The notes below the pieces were generated by a model. It was not told the DNA's origin and did not search any database. It worked only from the letters and a program-made list of their open reading frames with translations. Position numbers and translations under genes: made by a program. 50,726 bases of DNA from a virus (lineage: Duplodnaviria > Caudoviricetes), in the IMG/VR virus record IMGVR_UViG_3300037234_000187, positions 1-50,726 of that record; one strand, written 5' to 3'. This document shows, piece after piece, positions 46,405-50,726 of the stretch (positions are counted from its first letter, which is position 1; each line of letters opens with the position of its first letter).

Positions 46405-47049
46405 TCATTTAGCCGTGTCTAAATGCGAATCTGGGACATCTGGTGTATTTGCGTCAATGTAGTCCTCAATACCCGATAAATTCTCCAAAATCTTAGCGAA
46501 TTCTTCGTCCAATATTTGGTCACATTTATGGTTAGTATTTGCCGCCGAAAGTAGGGGTGACATACGTGGTTTTGCGGAGGCCATTGACTGTTTAATTCGA
46601 CCAGCTAAATCCGATAATAATGACACGATATCTTCTACAGGGGCCACCTCATTCTGTAGGACTTGGAGCTCCAAAACCTTCTTCTTGGCGTTGGTTTCAG
46701 AGAGCAGAGTGTCCCAATCTTTTTTGGTTTTCTCCTCAGTTCCGTCTGGTTTGTAATCCTCCGGAAGACCCTTTTCTACATTCTCGAACCACTGAGGTCT
46801 TTCACCGTAGGGTCGATTTCTGAGGTACTTCATTAATTCATCGTTGTGGATATATAGCTTCTTGGCCTTAGTATTTGGAGCTACTACCCAGCGTAAATTC
46901 TCTAGGTCAAACTTACCATCCCTACGCATATTGGACACATTCTGCTTGGCGCAGTCGGATCTCTCAGCAAACATAGGTCGGGAAATATACCCAGCAGGTA
47001 CTCGGGTGATTACCGAGATACCTTCATGTTGTGGTGGTTTCTTAGCCAT
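46405..47049 (-). CDS. Terminase small subunit (Nu1-like)
   Basis: N-terminal wHTH-like ISRPMFAER...KQNVS....GK, coiled coil, P.R..P.L C-terminal pattern; upstream of GpA. Confidence 0.65.
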   Translation of the reverse strand: MAKKPPQHEGISVITRVPAGYISRPMFAERSDCAKQNVSNMRRDGKFDLENLRWVVAPNTKAKKLYIHNDELMKYLRNRPYGERPQWFENVEKGLPEDYKPDGTEEKTKKDWDTLLSETNAKKKVLELQVLQNEVAPVEDIVSLLSDLAGRIKQSMASAKPRMSPLLSAANTNHKCDQILDEEFAKILENLSGIEDYIDANTPDVPDSHLDTAK

Positions 47050-47055
47050 TATAGT

Positions 47056-47649
47056 TTAATTCCCTTTTGGTTTCTGGATAGGAGGTGGAACAAATCTCCA
47101 AAAATACCCATACGCCGATTTTATTTTCAAGTGGCAACATGCAGATATACTTTTATTCGCATGTTTAGATAGTTTCATTTGTTTAGCCGCTTCACTAGCA
47201 CTGGGAAACTCAACAAAATCACCACTACATATCTCTATTCCTAATACTGGTTTTCTTTCTTGATTACTGGTACTTAATCCAGTGGAAAACGCATGTTTTA
47301 TATTATCAGAGCAAGAGCACCATTCTAAGTTTTCAGTAAAATTATCAGATTTTACCCCATTAATATGGTTCACTTGTGGAAGATTTTCATTATTGTTTAG
47401 AAAAGTTTCTGCCACTAATCTATGTACCGAATATTTCTTCTTCTTACCCGACACCCCTAATCCTAGACAAATCCTACTATACCCTTTTCTACATGAATCT
47501 TGCTTTAATATCCTACCAGTTCTCTCATTGCGAACTCTGCCTTTGTTGGATATTCCATATTTACCTATAAACCCAGATATAGGCATGAAAAATTCTGGCT
47601 TTCGTCCAGTCTCGGCCCCATCTTTCCCGCTTAGTGTGGTGGTTTTCAT
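47056..47649 (-). CDS. HNH endonuclease (NUMOD4-HNH-NUMOD1 type)
   Basis: YGISNKGRVR, VHRLVAETFL, QVNHINGVKSDN...NLEWC, FPSASEAA, AYGYFWRF. Confidence 0.93.
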   Translation of the reverse strand: MKTTTLSGKDGAETGRKPEFFMPISGFIGKYGISNKGRVRNERTGRILKQDSCRKGYSRICLGLGVSGKKKKYSVHRLVAETFLNNNENLPQVNHINGVKSDNFTENLEWCSCSDNIKHAFSTGLSTSNQERKPVLGIEICSGDFVEFPSASEAAKQMKLSKHANKSISACCHLKIKSAYGYFWRFVPPPIQKPKGN

Positions 47650-47813
47650 TTCCAAGAGTCCCCGACTTTCATCATTTTTATTCTAGGCTTAGGTTGGCCA
47701 GATAGGCACCAAGATTGAGCCAACGCTGTTACTCTTCCCAAACCTTCTACCACTACAATGGTCCCACATTTAGGTTTATTTTCAAGACCATCTCCCCTTT
47801 GAGTAATTTTCAT
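47646..47813 (-). CDS. Small hypothetical protein (MKITQRGDG...GDSWK, 55 aa)
   Basis: Read manually; ATGA-coupled at both ends. Confidence 0.55.
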   Translation of the reverse strand: MKITQRGDGLENKPKCGTIVVVEGLGRVTALAQSWCLSGQPKPRIKMMKVGDSWK

Positions 47814-48025
47814 TTTAAATCCTTTGGTGATTTAAAGTCCAATCGAATAACCATCGATTCCATACCATCCACATGGATAGTCTGTTCTTCGAGGTATCGT
47901 ATTTTAGCTTCCTTTACAGCTTGTAGGACTTCGTCTAATTTCAGGAGTTCCTGTTTTCGCTTCTTATATTTACAGGAATACTGCATTTTCGCAATCTTAG
48001 CCATAAATAGCAATTCCTCGTACAA
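47810..48025 (-). CDS. Hypothetical protein
   Basis: Co-oriented; likely start at second Met (GAGGA RBS). Confidence 0.6.
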   Translation of the reverse strand: MYEELLFMAKIAKMQYSCKYKKRKQELLKLDEVLQAVKEAKIRYLEEQTIHVDGMESMVIRLDFKSPKDLK

Positions 48026-48455
48026 TGGCCAATATAATCGCAGAAACTGCCACTAATGATCCAAATATGAATAATCCGAACTTAATTAGGCTTCTTTTGA
48101 ATTTTCTAGCCCAATTTGTGTAACTTATCCTCATAAATGAGACATTAGTTCTCGAGTAAAGATGATACGTACCATCTCCATGTTGTACAATAAATAGGCT
48201 CCCGTATGACCAACCCGTGAATATTTTACGTTTTGGGCCATCTAGTAGCTTACAACCCGAATCTAGGATTGGGGAGGTCTTCACCTCTACTGGTTTGTAA
48301 TCTGCGGGTAAAATTGTCTCGGCCCCAGCCTTACCTAGACCTTGCATGATCCATCGATCAATATCCGTATCTTTACGTAATGTACCCACGATTACTTGGT
48401 GGCCACTCAGGCCATGGGCAAATAGGGGCTTCTTGGCAATTGACATCATAGACAT
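47997..48455 (-). CDS. Hypothetical protein with C-terminal TM segment
   Basis: 152 aa; hydrophobic FGLFIFGSLVAVSAIILAIV. Confidence 0.65.
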   Translation of the reverse strand: MSMMSIAKKPLFAHGLSGHQVIVGTLRKDTDIDRWIMQGLGKAGAETILPADYKPVEVKTSPILDSGCKLLDGPKRKIFTGWSYGSLFIVQHGDGTYHLYSRTNVSFMRISYTNWARKFKRSLIKFGLFIFGSLVAVSAIILAIVRGIAIYG

Positions 48456-48697
48456 TTCTCCTGTTCTTCGGACGGGTCTAGCTTAAATACGGATGTAATC
48501 ACTATGTCACTACCGTCACCGCCATCAAGTAGGGTACATACTCTACTGATTTTATCCTCACTAAATCTATCACCAACAAATACACTGTGGCCCAATTGAC
48601 CATCACGGCATTGATAGGACACTAACCACCTATTCAAGTACCGTTCCGGTAATACTGCAGCATTGTTGGCTTCTTCTGTTAATTCTTTGTAGTTCAC
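48446..48697 (-). CDS. Hypothetical protein
   Basis: 83 aa, AGGAG RBS, GTGA coupling. Confidence 0.7.
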   Translation of the reverse strand: MNYKELTEEANNAAVLPERYLNRWLVSYQCRDGQLGHSVFVGDRFSEDKISRVCTLLDGGDGSDIVITSVFKLDPSEEQEKCL

Positions 48698-48867
48698 ACT
48701 AAATAACTCCTAAATTCTTCTGGCCATGGGCAGCCAGTCTTCTTATGTTTATATCTGCCGTTAAGATGTAGCCTCCCACATAAACTAGATCCTTCACGGC
48801 CAAAAGTCAAGATATTTATGAGGAAACTTAATTTGTGCCCGAATAGTTTATCAACCTTCATTAGCAT
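48694..48867 (-). CDS. Hypothetical protein
   Basis: TAATG-coupled start at 48867. Confidence 0.55.
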   Translation of the reverse strand: MLMKVDKLFGHKLSFLINILTFGREGSSLCGRLHLNGRYKHKKTGCPWPEEFRSYLV

Positions 48868-49277
48868 TAGAATAACCACCCCACTACACCAATCATTGTG
48901 GAGAGCATGCCTACGGCCACTGACCACTTGAAATACTTCGAGCTGTTGTCCGAGATTAGCTTGTACTTCTCGACCAACTCTTGGGCACGACCGATCTGTG
49001 ACTGGAAATGCTTGTAGGCTTCAGACTTGGAGTACATTTTAAGTTTATCGAATCTACTCATATCCGAGTTGTACCAAATTAGCCCAAACACTTGATTACA
49101 TACCATACCCTCTTCCATGGCTTCTGTGATCAAATCACATTTCACATCTAGAGATTTGTCATTCAGATCGATGTAGACTTGTAGCTTATCCTTCTCAACA
49201 TCGAGTAACTTATCAAAGTTCTTCTCGATATCCCTCAGACGGTCAAGCTCTTCTAGTGGGATTGTTGCACTTCTCAT
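48867..49277 (-). CDS. Hypothetical protein with C-terminal TM anchor
   Basis: Coiled coil then hydrophobic tail; GGAGG RBS. Confidence 0.75.
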   Translation of the reverse strand: MRSATIPLEELDRLRDIEKNFDKLLDVEKDKLQVYIDLNDKSLDVKCDLITEAMEEGMVCNQVFGLIWYNSDMSRFDKLKMYSKSEAYKHFQSQIGRAQELVEKYKLISDNSSKYFKWSVAVGMLSTMIGVVGWLF

Positions 49278-49891
49278 ACTGGAACCTCCGTGGATTTCCA
49301 GGCTTTATCTGTGGGTCTATCTTTATATTTATCAACCAGTTCAGCCACGAATACAATTCCACATACTTTAATTTGGTCGGTATTTGGATTCACACCCTCA
49401 ACTACGTGCGTATAGTCACCCACACCCATAACTACCAACTTATCTGGAATCTCTACCCACTTCCCTGCCAACTCCTCAGCGGTCATTCGGCGTGTTTGGG
49501 GTTCTCGACAATCCCATACGCGCTCATTGGAATTGAAAGTGTAGCTTCTACCACAGTCACAATTGAATGGGAGTAGATGTGTGTCGAAATGATGTACACC
49601 ACACTTACAGTTGAATTTCCAGCTGACCGTGACTTCACGTTTCATGTCTTCGCGATAGGGTGACACATCACTGGCTAGGAAGTAATCACCATGAACATCA
49701 CCTTCAATCTCAGATAGCATTATTTCAGGGTAATCCCCTACAGGTTTCGTTAGTACAACGTACAGGTACGGTTGATTGAGAACCTTGGCACCCCTCCACA
49801 CAACGCTAGAGTTCAACCCCTTGACACGTCCATCTGCTGTCTTTCGATGCGGTACTACTTTCATTCCCAATTTAATATCACTGTGTTCCAT
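49274..49891 (-). CDS. Hypothetical protein with zinc-ribbon
   Basis: CKC...CDC; start ATG 49891 after GAGGAG. Confidence 0.75.
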   Translation of the reverse strand: MEHSDIKLGMKVVPHRKTADGRVKGLNSSVVWRGAKVLNQPYLYVVLTKPVGDYPEIMLSEIEGDVHGDYFLASDVSPYREDMKREVTVSWKFNCKCGVHHFDTHLLPFNCDCGRSYTFNSNERVWDCREPQTRRMTAEELAGKWVEIPDKLVVMGVGDYTHVVEGVNPNTDQIKVCGIVFVAELVDKYKDRPTDKAWKSTEVPV

Positions 49892-49893
49892 AA

Positions 49894-50316
49894 TTACTCC
49901 TCTAAAGTTTTCACTGCTAATTTCGCCCACTCCGGCCACACACCAACGTATAGTTCATAATTGTCCCACACCCTGCCGTATCTAGTACCCTGCCAGCAGA
50001 AGTTCTTTTTGTCGGCACTATTGTAGAAACCTAGTAATTTGGCAGCCGTGTCTTTATTGTCCCAACACCAGACTAGATCCTTGTCGCGTAAACCGATACC
50101 CTCTTCTTTGGGTACTTCAAATGGCCTCCAGAATAGTACGGGATTGATGAAATCTTCATGTACTCTACCGTCTAATTGGTATGACCCCGAACTCTCATCA
50201 TCGAAAACCACATTGATAGGTGTTCTGGGGTTAAGATCAACATTATCGATTACACCCCAACCGATCATCATGTCCCAAACTTTGTCACCGACTCTTGCAC
50301 TTGCAAACTTTTCCAT
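49894..50316 (-). CDS. Hypothetical phage protein
   Basis: F..A.VGDKVW....GWGVI, KDLVWCWDN motifs; GAGGAG RBS. Confidence 0.8.
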   Translation of the reverse strand: MEKFASARVGDKVWDMMIGWGVIDNVDLNPRTPINVVFDDESSGSYQLDGRVHEDFINPVLFWRPFEVPKEEGIGLRDKDLVWCWDNKDTAAKLLGFYNSADKKNFCWQGTRYGRVWDNYELYVGVWPEWAKLAVKTLEE

Positions 50317-50334
50317 AATTACTCCTCGACCCTA

Positions 50335-50583
50335 TTAAGTGGGTGGGTTGTCTAGTTGTAGGTTCACGACAATGTTACGCCAGAAAGTGTCACCTTCGGG
50401 GGAAGATTCCCAGATGAATACTCCGCCCAATCCAGCCTCTACGATGGCATCTATATTACACCCCTCGGTATCCAATCTATTTTGGATTTCCCGATCCAAC
50501 CCAGCTAGTGCTTTGGCCTTATCTTCGTACGTGATACTACTTAGTGACTCAATCTGTTTGTAAAGTTCTGTATTTTTAGGCAT
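50335..50583 (-). CDS. Hypothetical protein
   Basis: FIWESSPEGDTFW motif; AAGGAGG RBS. Confidence 0.75.
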   Translation of the reverse strand: MPKNTELYKQIESLSSITYEDKAKALAGLDREIQNRLDTEGCNIDAIVEAGLGGVFIWESSPEGDTFWRNIVVNLQLDNPPT

Positions 50584-50614
50584 TCTAGCCTCCTTTTAAT
50601 TTTGACTTGTTTCA

Positions 50615-50643
50615 AATATAGTCAAAACCTGCACGAAATGCAA
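50615..50643 (-). promoter_or_regulatory. Sigma70-like early promoter
   Basis: TTGCAT-17-TATATT; downstream sequence shared with promoter at 5268. Confidence 0.7.
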
Positions 50644-50726
50644 GGACTTTGTTGAAATTTAATCATAAAGGGGTAAAAGCCGTTTTCGAATTGCGCAAAT
50701 TGGGGAGCTGGTGACTTGCCGTTACC

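Noticed and set aside
1-50726. Stop-codon reassignment
   Set aside because: Core genes are full length in the standard code; TAA, TAG and TGA all serve as stops; no suppressor tRNA.

Overview
Most of a tailed dsDNA bacteriophage genome (myovirus type). From left to right: (i) 81-930, an array of integron-like gene cassettes with three complete attC-like sites plus one truncated site, each cassette holding one small promoterless ORF, continuing off the left edge with no integrase in the window; (ii) 935-16562, a minus-strand DNA metabolism/replication operon (thioredoxin, 5'-3' exonuclease, ThyX-like protein, SMC-like ATPase, MazG-like pyrophosphatase, putative SSB, metallophosphoesterase, 3 tRNAs, HNH, PolA, deaminase, C5-MTase, SF3 helicase); (iii) 16976-22069, a plus-strand operon with an RNA-repair set (RNA ligase, phosphoesterase, kinase), VRR-NUC and ATP-dependent DNA ligase, followed by a candidate small RNA; (iv) 22184-47049, minus-strand lysis and virion genes, combining a lambda-type head (GpA terminase, gpW, portal, S49 protease with nested scaffold, gpD, gpE) with a Mu-type contractile tail, a -1 frameshift chaperone and a tRNA-Pro; (v) 47056-50643, an HNH gene and small early-type ORFs behind a sigma70-like promoter. 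The standout is the phage-borne cassette array, whose genes appear to run opposite to the attC polarity but in line with phage transcription. All calls come from motif recognition by eye; no database searches were run.
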